Shown here piece after piece: positions 1-7,288 of a stretch of DNA of 41,628 nucleotides. A program made the translations under genes and the position numbers. The notes beneath the pieces are model-generated. The model saw nothing but the letters and a program-made list of their open reading frames with translations, was not told where the DNA came from and ran no database searches. The DNA comes from a virus. Positions within the stretch are counted from its first letter, which is position 1; each line of letters begins with the position of its first letter. Where the stretch lies: IMG/VR virus record IMGVR_UViG_3300019468_000010, one strand, 5' to 3'.

Positions 1-127
1 GTATAGGTGAACAGTTCCTTGCCTATGAATAAGTTGTACCACTTGTTAAGTTCAGCCCAAGTCTTAGACTTTAACTGTGTATCAGTATTAGCGGTAACAA
101 CTCCCCTTGTATTCTCATGTGTAGCAA
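1..127. repeat. Terminal direct repeat (left copy). It is identical to 41502-41628 and is an assembly overlap of a circular or circularly permuted molecule.
   Basis: Base-by-base comparison of the first and last 127 nt shows identity. The repeat lies inside the terL reading frame and is in phase. Confidence 0.95.
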
Positions 128-398
128 TAGCAAATAGAATTAAAATCGATGAAAACGCTGACTTACCAATACCATGACCTGATGCAACTGCAATTTGAAT
201 TGCTTTCGCCAATGATTTGCCCTTGCGTAGTTCTTCACCTATTTTCTTGAAAGTCTTTACTTGCCATTCATCAGGGCCGTCAAAGTTTTCAAGCGGTGTT
301 CCTTTTTCTCCCCAAGGAAAAGAAAAGTATGCAAAGCCTAATGGATCATGCGTAAACGACCCCAACGCATCAATCAGTTGTGCCTTGTTGTACTTCAT
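1..398 (-). CDS. terL: Terminase large subunit, N-terminal part. The ATG is at 398-396, and the frame runs off the window start and continues at 41501.
   Basis: Manual translation gives MKYNKAQLIDALGSFTHDPLGF...AVASGHGIGKSAFSS, with Walker A GHGIGKS. The frame is open to base 1 and in phase with the ORF at 40445-41628. The joined gene is 1455 nt (484 aa). Confidence 0.9.
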   Translation of the reverse strand, partial: MKYNKAQLIDALGSFTHDPLGFAYFSFPWGEKGTPLENFDGPDEWQVKTFKKIGEELRKGKSLAKAIQIAVASGHGIGKSAFSSILILFAIATHENTRGVVTANTDTQLKSKTWAELNKWYNLFIGKELFTY

Positions 399-822
399 CT
401 GATTTCACCCTTGCTTGCTTCATTCGGTCAGATATATCAATCTCAATTTCTGCATCAAGTTTCACTTTGTCAGTAAATAGCATGTGCCGTTTGCCTAACA
501 ACTCGGCTGCTTTGGTTCTATCTGCAATTGAGGCATCCAAACCAAATGCATCTTTTTCTTCGCCATTCATTACCTTAGTTAAGTACTCCAATACTTCATC
601 AGCAGTTGCGATTGTGTTTTTACTACGCTCGTTCATGACTGCATCTATATATTGTCGAACGTTAACTTTTGTCAACAACTGACTACCTTTACTTCTTGCC
701 GTCTTTTCTGAATATCCAGCCGTAATTGCACTTTGTGTTCCGTTGGTGGTCTTAACGTATTCATCAGCAAATATGCGTTCTTTCTTAGTTAGTTTTTGTG
801 CTAATTCATTTATACTCGCCAA
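370..822 (-). CDS. terS: Terminase small subunit (Terminase_2-like)
   Basis: The N-terminus KKERIFADEYVKTTNGTQSAITAGYSEKTARSKGSQLL is the typical HTH motif of small terminases. The gene overlaps the terL start by 29 nt. Confidence 0.85.
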   Translation of the reverse strand: MASINELAQKLTKKERIFADEYVKTTNGTQSAITAGYSEKTARSKGSQLLTKVNVRQYIDAVMNERSKNTIATADEVLEYLTKVMNGEEKDAFGLDASIADRTKAAELLGKRHMLFTDKVKLDAEIEIDISDRMKQARVKSDEVQQGTTD

Positions 823-824
823 TG

Positions 825-1172
825 TTACTCACCACCTTTATATGTTCTAACTAAAAATAGCAGTACTTCATGTTGTTTAGTACTGCTATACTCACTTTCT
901 TTCTTATAGAGTTGTCCTTGCTTAAAGGTCTTGCCCTTTTTGTACTTATGAGGAAATGTCAGTTTGTATTCTTCCTCTGTGTACATTCGATTAACGATAT
1001 ACACCTTGCAAGGCTTATCGTATTTACTCCATGATTGCCTTACATCGACTACATACCGCCTACCATTCATTTGTAATGCTTTAAGCAATTTCTTTATTGT
1101 AGGTTGATAATTCACATCAAGCACCACACAATACCGACTATAATCAACACACCGCACACAATGGCTAGGCAA
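825..1172 (-). CDS. Hypothetical protein. The start is uncertain; a GTG at 1115 overlapping the upstream stop is plausible.
   Basis: ORF in the operon directly upstream of terS. I recognise no motif. Confidence 0.5.
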   Translation of the reverse strand: MPSHCVRCVDYSRYCVVLDVNYQPTIKKLLKALQMNGRRYVVDVRQSWSKYDKPCKVYIVNRMYTEEEYKLTFPHKYKKGKTFKQGQLYKKESEYSSTKQHEVLLFLVRTYKGGE

Positions 1173-1312
1173 TCAATAATACTTAACACGTTATCTTCAC
1201 GATGTTCAAACGCATATTTTGCTTTCGCTTGTAGGTCTTTGTTATCTAAATCTTGTGCAGCTTTTTTGAATAACGCTCTATCCTTAATAAATTGTTTAAT
1301 TGCTTTAATCAT
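1112..1312 (-). CDS. Small C-terminally anchored membrane protein
   Basis: 66 aa with a hydrophobic C-terminus IIDCLAIVCGVLIIVGIVWCL. It overlaps its neighbours by 4 nt. Confidence 0.55.
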   Translation of the reverse strand: MIKAIKQFIKDRALFKKAAQDLDNKDLQAKAKYAFEHREDNVLSIIDCLAIVCGVLIIVGIVWCLM

Positions 1313-1503
1313 TTAAGCACTTCACCACCTTTCCGCTTTAGCTTTCCATTAGATCTAACACACAAACCACATTTACTTTTTCTTGCATTCCCCTGTGTGA
1401 TGTATGTTTGGCACAAGCCGTCATATTCAATGACATTAGCCGTGCATTTTCCTTTCTTGTTGTTCAAGCATTTACTCTTACAACACAATATATCAGTCAT
1501 CAT
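1309..1503 (-). CDS. Cys-rich DUF1540-like small protein
   Basis: GGGGAG RBS before the ATGATG at 1503/1500. The pattern ILCCKSKCLNNKKGKCTANVIEYDGLCQTYI resembles DUF1540 cysteine spacing. Confidence 0.5.
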   Translation of the reverse strand: MMTDILCCKSKCLNNKKGKCTANVIEYDGLCQTYITQGNARKSKCGLCVRSNGKLKRKGGEVLK

Positions 1504-2076
1504 TTCTCCCCTTTTGATAACTTTATACAAAAAATGAGATATATCGCCGTGGATATACCTCATTATGTGATAGTTTTATTCATTTTTATTGTATATTCAA
1601 AACCAAAGTTATATAGTTAGCTATTCGCCAACACGAGTATATGAATTGTAATCATGGTTAGCTCACTCTGTCTAACTCTCGCACAATACTCGGTTCCCAA
1701 CGGAACATATAGCTTTAGTTTTCAATATGCAATTGCACTCTCTAAACTAATACCGCCAGTTGTTTGTAGTATGTAACATTTTTTCGCTTAAGGTTTTATC
1801 TCATGAAACGTATAGTTGGTTGTTATTGCAATATTGGAAAGGATAATATGCGGTATTAGTTTACAAAATGCAATATAAGAGGTGCGGTGCAGTTAGAAAA
1901 TAATATAGATTGTAATGACTTAGAAACAATACTCGTTGATTTTCAAATACAAAATATAAAACCGCACCTCAATTGCTATTTAGTTTTTAGAATTGCTCAT
2001 TGGCAACTCTTACACCCTATATTCTACTATATGTTTTTAGGTGTTTATACTGACATTTACTGACATTTCATGACAT
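1504..2076. other. Long non-coding region (about 570 bp) with dense palindromes and repeats. It is a candidate late promoter, packaging site or ncRNA locus.
   Basis: No ORF longer than about 17 codons with an RBS on either strand. It contains 10-bp palindromes TGCAATTGCA (1728-1737) and TATTGCAATA (1824-1833), and a 10-bp inverted repeat GAGGTGCGGT/ACCGCACCTC (1879-1888 / 1961-1970). Confidence 0.6.
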
Positions 2077-2090
2077 TTACTGACATTTCA
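2051..2090. repeat. Four exact-period 10-bp tandem repeats TGACATTT(AC/CA)
   Basis: TGACATTT starts at 2051, 2061, 2071 and 2081. The array spans the stop codon of the regulator gene at 2077. Confidence 0.9.
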
Positions 2091-2535
2091 ACTTGCCTAT
2101 TTCAATCAATGCTTTTTCTTTATACCTCATAGCCTGTCTTTCATTGAATTGGTTCTCAAAAACCGAATGCGCTTGTTTGGCTGACATTCCAAGCAGGTAT
2201 TCATAACGTAACATTGTACCGCCTATTTCTTCGCTTAGACTATTGATCGTGTTGATTACATCGCACTTGTACTCGCTCAATTCATCAATCCGTCTGCGTT
2301 GTTCTTTTTCCGTATCAATAAACCTTGCTACGCTATTTTCTAACCCACATGGAACACCGCCACCGCTCACTCTATCCTTGGAATAATCGATTGCACTAAT
2401 CGATGTGATGTTACATCGTAGTTGCTCTATTTCTTTTGCAATCGATTTTATTTGCTCATCAACTGTCTTTACAGGCTCAAGGTATTTTCTAGCACTACTG
2501 ATTAATCTCTTTTCACTCTTTGTCGGTTCATTCAA
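2077..2535 (-). CDS. Putative late transcriptional activator (sigma-70 region-4-like, DUF1492/RinA/ArpU class). TTG start.
   Basis: The pattern ...SAIDYSKDRVSGGG...coiled segment...LRYEYLLGMSAKQAHSVF...RQAMRYKEKALIEIGK matches the layout of Firmicute phage late activators. It sits upstream of the packaging module. Confidence 0.5.
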   Translation of the reverse strand: MNEPTKSEKRLISSARKYLEPVKTVDEQIKSIAKEIEQLRCNITSISAIDYSKDRVSGGGVPCGLENSVARFIDTEKEQRRRIDELSEYKCDVINTINSLSEEIGGTMLRYEYLLGMSAKQAHSVFENQFNERQAMRYKEKALIEIGKLKCQ

Positions 2536-2538
2536 ATA

Positions 2539-2718
2539 TTACTCACCACCCAACATAACACCAGCACCAAAGATAATTAACACAATACCAATTATCGCCT
2601 GTATGTATAACATTCGCATGCATCCCTCTTCAAACGTATCAAAGGCATCGCTTAAAATCGCTGCTAAAAAAGGTGAAACACCTAATACCATTCCAATTGT
2701 AATTAAATTTTCAGCCAT
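2539..2718 (-). CDS. Small two-TM membrane protein (59 aa, below the ORF-track cutoff)
   Basis: Manual translation gives MAENLITIGMVLGVSPFLAAILSD...IIGIVLIIFGAGVMLGGE. AGAGGT RBS, and the ORF is tightly packed between its neighbours. Confidence 0.5.
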   Translation of the reverse strand: MAENLITIGMVLGVSPFLAAILSDAFDTFEEGCMRMLYIQAIIGIVLIIFGAGVMLGGE

Positions 2719-2722
2719 GTAT

Positions 2723-3118
2723 TTATACCTCTGCTAGCTTTGCATATTTCCATGCAATCGGAGAATTTTTTATTACATTACTCCAAGATGTTCTTCCAAG
2801 TTGCCACGCATATACTTCTCCATCTTCATACATTGCAAAATATCTACACTTCCATACTTCTTCATTACTCATTCTGACAAAAATTGGTGTATCAACTTCT
2901 ACTTTCGACCAATCAACAATACCTAGATATTCTGCAATATCAATTTGTTGGTTTTCTTCTGTGAAGCACGTACTTCTTATATCAACTCTATTCAACCACT
3001 GTGAAATACGTTCACAATTCTTATAAAAGAATACTATTCCGTTTTCTATTTCCGCTTTTCTGCATCCTAGATCATACATGCGTTTAAATAACTCGTCTGT
3101 AAATTGTTTATCATTCAT
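2723..3118 (-). CDS. Hypothetical protein
   Basis: AAGGAG RBS before the ATG at 3118. No motif recognised. Confidence 0.6.
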   Translation of the reverse strand: MNDKQFTDELFKRMYDLGCRKAEIENGIVFFYKNCERISQWLNRVDIRSTCFTEENQQIDIAEYLGIVDWSKVEVDTPIFVRMSNEEVWKCRYFAMYEDGEVYAWQLGRTSWSNVIKNSPIAWKYAKLAEV

Positions 3119-3335
3119 ATTCCCATTCTCCTTTATCTTCATTCCATTTGTACCACTTCACGTTTTTTACAAACATTCCGTTTTCTTGTAAATCACCTTG
3201 CATTTCACCGATACAAAATTCATCATCGCCACTTTCACAAGCTAATTGCTTTAGAAATTCAAACGCACTTTCCCATGTATCATGTGGTGCTATGTAATAA
3301 TCTGAATGTTCTGTATATCCGCTATAACCTAGCAT
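3111..3335 (-). CDS. Hypothetical acidic protein
   Basis: AAGAGGA RBS before the ATG at 3335. It overlaps the upstream stop. Confidence 0.55.
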   Translation of the reverse strand: MLGYSGYTEHSDYYIAPHDTWESAFEFLKQLACESGDDEFCIGEMQGDLQENGMFVKNVKWYKWNEDKGEWEYE

Positions 3336-3634
3336 TTGTTGTCCTCTTGCTCTTTTTTCCATTGCATATACGCATTGCTCCATTCTTTATCACGCTCATT
3401 TTCAACAAAATTCATATATTCAAATAATGCTCTTTTCCGTACTGACCTTGTATATTCTTCTAATGACATTCGTCCTTCTCTCAAATCGAACATACTTATC
3501 ATTACTGCAATGTTTGCACCACCTATACAATATTCAGCGAAAATACCATCTGGCCTTCTTCTTATAATAGGCTTATATATATCGTTCCCATGCACTATTG
3601 TTAATGCACTTGATAATAGTTCAAAGTCAATCAT
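3329..3634 (-). CDS. Hypothetical protein
   Basis: AAGAGGT RBS 6 nt before the ATG at 3634. Confidence 0.6.
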   Translation of the reverse strand: MIDFELLSSALTIVHGNDIYKPIIRRRPDGIFAEYCIGGANIAVMISMFDLREGRMSLEEYTRSVRKRALFEYMNFVENERDKEWSNAYMQWKKEQEDNKC

Positions 3635-3651
3635 AGTTACCTCTTATGATA

Positions 3652-3671
3652 AGGCGGATATTTCACCGCCT
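3652..3671 (-). terminator. GC-rich hairpin AGGCGG-N8-CCGCCT, 4 nt after the stop of the adhesin-linked gene. Possible weak terminator or RNA stabiliser.
   Basis: Inverted repeat read directly. There is no U-tract on the minus strand, so it is not a canonical intrinsic terminator. Confidence 0.3.
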
Positions 3672-3675
3672 ATAC

Positions 3676-3885
3676 CTATCCAACCAATACTTTAATCAAA
3701 ATCACAAACCCAAATATCAAAACTACTATCGATACACCCATGATCGCATTAAAAAATAACTCTTGTGCAAATTGGATTGCCTTTCTATTATTTTCTGCAT
3801 TCATATTAGCCATTACCTTGAAATCTTTTGTTTTTGTTTGTAGCTTATCTACATCACCTGTATATTTCCCTATTGGTGTACACAT
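3676..3885 (-). CDS. Small tail-anchored membrane protein immediately downstream of the adhesin gene
   Basis: C-terminal TM segment IMGVSIVVLIFGFVILIKVLV. Its ATG abuts the adhesin stop (TAAATG). Confidence 0.5.
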   Translation of the reverse strand: MCTPIGKYTGDVDKLQTKTKDFKVMANMNAENNRKAIQFAQELFFNAIMGVSIVVLIFGFVILIKVLVG

Positions 3886-5163
3886 TTATTTACCAGCTTT
3901 CAATTCTTTAACTTCCGCTACTAATTGATTTACCAACTCTTCAAGTTGTTTGATTTTACCTTTATGGTTAGTTTCGTATTCACTACCTTTACCAAGTCTA
4001 AAGGATACACCTGCGTTAATCATTTTGTTGGCCAATGTAGCACCCAAGCTAAACATTACATGCTCAGTTGGTGCATAGAACATACCGAGTGCCACATCAT
4101 TTGCGTTTTTGTAGTGGCCGTAGCCAACTGCAAATGTTAATTTATCATCAGAATTATAGCCTAAATAGTGTAGCGCACTTAGTGCAGCAGTAGATGCACC
4201 AGCTTTTGCTACTTCATGCATCACGTTTGAGATTTGACCTACTGTATTACGTTCTAAATCTGTAATACGTGTTTCGTGGTTATTAATTCTATCCGTATTA
4301 TTCAAAATGGCTTGGCTATTTTGCCCTACACGCTCGTTTGTAGCGGTTAAAGAGTTATTAATCGTTGTAAATCCGTTATCCACCTTAGAGGTCAAATTAG
4401 AGATATTCGTAGTATTTCGTGTAACTCGTTTGTCTAAACAGTTCACATCTTTTTGAAGTTTGGCAATGTGTGTTCCGTTTGTTTCAATTTCGTCATATGC
4501 TGCGAACAACTGACTGCCATTAACTGCATCTAAACTGCTAGGGTCTACACGGCCCGCACTTACATTGTGCAGTTGTCGGTTGTAGTTACTAATTCCACTG
4601 TATGTATCACTTTTCTTACTACCAAAGGATACTACGCTATTAGGACTTTCACCTGCGAACACATGAGTTACCCCATTTAATACAACTTGTCGAACACCTA
4701 CAGGGTTATCCGTTTGACTGTTTGTGCCAATCGCTACGGAATTTTGAACAGGTGCTGATGCATTATTGCCAATGACTACCGCATCAATACCACGCACTAC
4801 ACTATGTGTGCCTACTACCACTGCACCTTGATTGTCTACAGTATTGTTAGCACCTAATACAGTTTGTTCTTTATTGTTGCCTACATAATTGTTGTACCCA
4901 ATTACACTTGCTTGGTCAGCTTCAATTGTTCCATTGCCACCACCGATTACAACGCTATCATTTCCTGTTACTTTATTATCACGGCCAATTGCAATTGTAT
5001 TTGTGCCTGTAACTACTGTATTTGCCCCTACAGCTACAGAATTGTAACCGCTTACTACTGGTGCTTGTGTATTAGGCTCTACTGGCCCTGTTACAACACC
5101 GCTTGCTAATACATTACCGCCAATTGTACCCATAATCATTGTTGCTAATACTAATTTATTCAT
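3886..5163 (-). CDS. Trimeric autotransporter adhesin (YadA/Hag-like, type Vc) with a C-terminal coiled-coil extension
   Basis: Signal peptide MNKLVLATMIMGTIGGNVLASG. Head repeats (NSVAVGANTVVTG, NTIAIGRDNKVTG, NSVAIGTNSQT). Neck motif NRQLHNVSAGRVDPSSLDAVNGSQLFA. N/T-rich coiled stalk. YadA anchor AGASTAALSALHY...FAVGYGHYKNANDVALGMFY...GVSFRLG. Confidence 0.9.
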   Translation of the reverse strand: MNKLVLATMIMGTIGGNVLASGVVTGPVEPNTQAPVVSGYNSVAVGANTVVTGTNTIAIGRDNKVTGNDSVVIGGGNGTIEADQASVIGYNNYVGNNKEQTVLGANNTVDNQGAVVVGTHSVVRGIDAVVIGNNASAPVQNSVAIGTNSQTDNPVGVRQVVLNGVTHVFAGESPNSVVSFGSKKSDTYSGISNYNRQLHNVSAGRVDPSSLDAVNGSQLFAAYDEIETNGTHIAKLQKDVNCLDKRVTRNTTNISNLTSKVDNGFTTINNSLTATNERVGQNSQAILNNTDRINNHETRITDLERNTVGQISNVMHEVAKAGASTAALSALHYLGYNSDDKLTFAVGYGHYKNANDVALGMFYAPTEHVMFSLGATLANKMINAGVSFRLGKGSEYETNHKGKIKQLEELVNQLVAEVKELKAGK

Positions 5164-5181
5164 ATTTGTTTTCTCCTTTTA

Positions 5182-5219
5182 CTGTCTTTCTACTGTCTTT
5201 TTCTGTCTATCTACTGTCT
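5182..5219. promoter_or_regulatory. Four helically phased CTGTCT (TACTGTCTTT) direct repeats immediately upstream of the adhesin RBS
   Basis: CTGTCT starts at 5182, 5193, 5203 and 5214 (spacing 11, 10 and 11 bp). The repeats lie in the 64-bp gap between the dUTPase stop and the adhesin start. Confidence 0.6.
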
Positions 5220-5227
5220 TTTTTTGC

Positions 5228-5647
5228 CTATTTTCCTGTACTACCGAACCCATTACTACCTCTTTCTGTTTCATACAATCGGTCTGTTTCTTCAACATCA
5301 GGCAATAATATTGGAATAATTAACAATTGTGCTATACGTTCGCCACGCTTAATCGTGTAATTCTTGCATGATACATTGTCATATACCGCACATATCTCCC
5401 CTGTATAATCGCTATCAATTACCCCCATGCTATTTGCCATGCGTAGCGGTGTCTTATGCATGCTACTACGAGGAACCAATAGCCCAACATGAAAGTCAGG
5501 TATCTGTACCGCTATCCCTAGCGGTATTTTTTTCTGTGTATCTGCTGGTACTGTAATATCGAACGGACAATATAGATCTAAACCAGCACTCCATTTACTA
5601 CCTCGTGTAGGCAACTCAACATATTCATTTAACCTCTTTACTAACAT
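5228..5647 (-). CDS. dut: dUTP diphosphatase (trimeric dUTPase)
   Basis: Canonical motifs AGLDL, VPRSS, GVIDSDYTGE, GERIAQL and RGSNGFGSTG. Confidence 0.95.
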   Translation of the reverse strand: MLVKRLNEYVELPTRGSKWSAGLDLYCPFDITVPADTQKKIPLGIAVQIPDFHVGLLVPRSSMHKTPLRMANSMGVIDSDYTGEICAVYDNVSCKNYTIKRGERIAQLLIIPILLPDVEETDRLYETERGSNGFGSTGK

Positions 5648-5930
5648 TTATCCAATCACCCCATATTTTCGCTCTTGTTACTTGATTGCTTGTTAAGTTC
5701 AATTCTTTCATGATTTGTCTGTTATTAAAACCTTGTTTACACAATGCAATAACATCATCAATCAATTTGAATTCATCTTGTATAGTTCTTTTCTTAGGCA
5801 ATCCACTACCTTTTCCACCTATAACCTTAATTGCCTCATTTGTATCAAGGTTTCCCCATACTACCGATGCTAGTGCTAACCAGTTTTTGCAGTTATACGG
5901 AATTCCATAAACCGATGTATTAACTGCCAT
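5625..5930 (-). CDS. Putative HTH DNA-binding protein
   Basis: GGAGTGAGGA RBS before the ATG at 5930. The C-terminal segment CKQGFNNRQIMKELNLTSNQV looks like an HTH. Confidence 0.45.
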   Translation of the reverse strand: MAVNTSVYGIPYNCKNWLALASVVWGNLDTNEAIKVIGGKGSGLPKKRTIQDEFKLIDDVIALCKQGFNNRQIMKELNLTSNQVTRAKIWGDWINVSKEVK

Positions 5931-6294
5931 GTTCCTCACTCCATTCACTTTCTCTATAGATGCGGAAGAAATCATCAGCACTCATTACTACTAACCAAGG
6001 CTTATTGCTTTTTTTCCATGCTACTATTGGTATATCTCCATTATCTGCTTGAATTGCATCATGTTCAGCCTGTTCATATGCTTTACGCACATTTAGGCTT
6101 TCCACGAATTTCACTTCTTGATGTATGTTAGGTAATCCAATGCAATCCGCTGCATCACCTGTATTACCGCAATATTGTGCAGTTCTACGTACTTTATCAA
6201 AACCATGCAACCTACATACACCTCGCCACATTAATTCCCCTCTAACACCTTTTCGTTTACTATTTACTTTCTTTTTCTTCTTTTCTACTGGCAA
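5920..6294 (-). CDS. PD-(D/E)xK Holliday-junction-resolvase-like nuclease
   Basis: The pattern SKRKGVRGELMW...HGF...R...GDAADCIG...IHQEVKF fits the KG-x-x-E...D...E-x-K layout of Hjc/RecU-like resolvases. Confidence 0.55.
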   Translation of the reverse strand: MPVEKKKKKVNSKRKGVRGELMWRGVCRLHGFDKVRRTAQYCGNTGDAADCIGLPNIHQEVKFVESLNVRKAYEQAEHDAIQADNGDIPIVAWKKSNKPWLVVMSADDFFRIYRESEWSEEHGS

Positions 6295-6300
6295 TATATA

Positions 6301-7078
6301 TCACCTCTCTACGTATTGCTCACATCGTTTTAAAATATTCTGTACTAACATCAACGGAATATGCGACCTTGTGTTGTATCGATTAATACCAGTTGTGTTT
6401 AGCTTGTTAAATTTAATTGTGTTTTTTATATCGTCTTTTAACAACTTCAAATCGATATTGCTACCAAACTTTGTTGGTTTCTTGACTGGGTAATCATAGT
6501 TGTTGTAATAGGTTAGATTTTCATATGAAATATCGAACCCTATTACATTTGCTATGTATTCCCATATCCGCCCATATGCTGGGTTTTCAATCACGAATAC
6601 TTTGGGTTGATAACGCTCAATGATTTTCAACGTGTTATAGATACACATTTCACCATTGATACGTGTTAGAAATGACTTATCATATTTGAATTGGTAGTTT
6701 TCATAATCAATGTGATTTCTAATTGTGAATTTACTTCCTTGTTCGTACCCACCGAATAGGTTTATAGTCATATCCTTTTCTTGTTTCCAGCAAGCATTTC
6801 CACCTTTCATCGCACTTGCTACGCTCCAACTTTCGCATGGTGGACTAGCTAGAATAACATCGGGTCTATCTAGTCCATCTAGTGTTTCCCATAGTGCTTT
6901 GGGATTGTGTAATGTGTTAATCGCTAAATCTTGATTGATACACGCATCACCAATTCCTATTGATGTTATTGTGTGCTGCCCCCCCCGTATTCATGTTGTA
7001 TTCATCTAAACCTTGACGATAACACCCATTGCCATCATCAAATAATCCCCATATGTGCATCTCCCAACCTCTAATCAT
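6301..7078 (-). pseudogene. C5-cytosine DNA-methyltransferase-like gene split by a frameshift at a G8 tract. Either a phase-variable OFF state or a homopolymer miscall.
   Basis: The upstream fragment (7078-6947) carries a motif-I-like GLFDDGNG. The downstream frame carries DVILASPPCESWS (motif IV PC), FVIENP (motif VI) and RSHIPLMLVQNIL (motif X-like). Removing one G joins them into 258 aa with motif I to PC spacing like M.HhaI. Confidence 0.6.
6979..6986. repeat. C8 (G8 on the coding strand) homopolymer at the methyltransferase frameshift point
   Basis: Read directly as gtgtgctgCCCCCCCCgtat. It is the longest G/C run I saw in this AT-rich window. Confidence 0.9.
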
Positions 7079-7283
7079 TTACGCTGCATCCATATTTAGC
7101 TTTACGCATTTTATGTCTAATTTTCTTAGCGTTATTAACTATGTATGTATCGGTATCGTTACGCATCACACTACACTTCATTTCTTCTTCTTTGTGCTTC
7201 TTGTACATTCGATACATAGGGCATCTAACATGACACCCTACTTCTCGGAATGTACACCCCTTACATGGTGCATTCATAATCAA
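7071..7283 (-). CDS. Small Cys-rich (putative zinc-binding) protein
   Basis: CKGC...CHVRC cysteine/histidine cluster followed by a basic tail. Confidence 0.55.
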   Translation of the reverse strand: MIMNAPCKGCTFREVGCHVRCPMYRMYKKHKEEEMKCSVMRNDTDTYIVNNAKKIRHKMRKAKYGCSVND

Positions 7284-7288
7284 TACCC

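Noticed and set aside
1-127. The 127-bp terminal direct repeat as a biological DTR, LTR or IS boundary
   Set aside because: It lies inside the terL coding sequence and joins the two terL halves in frame. Its length equals a common maximal assembler k-mer. An assembly overlap of a circular or permuted genome is the simplest reading.
1620-2040. A tRNA or other classical RNA gene in the long non-coding region
   Set aside because: No GTTCGAATC-type T-arm or cloverleaf could be assembled on either strand. The GTTCC-CAAC-GGAAC hairpin alone is insufficient. An ncRNA remains possible but unproven (see findings).
2051-2090. The tandem repeats at 2051-2090, 5182-5219 and 9696-9741 as a CRISPR array
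   Set aside because: The units are 10-12 bp with no spacers and only four copies each, and no cas genes are present.
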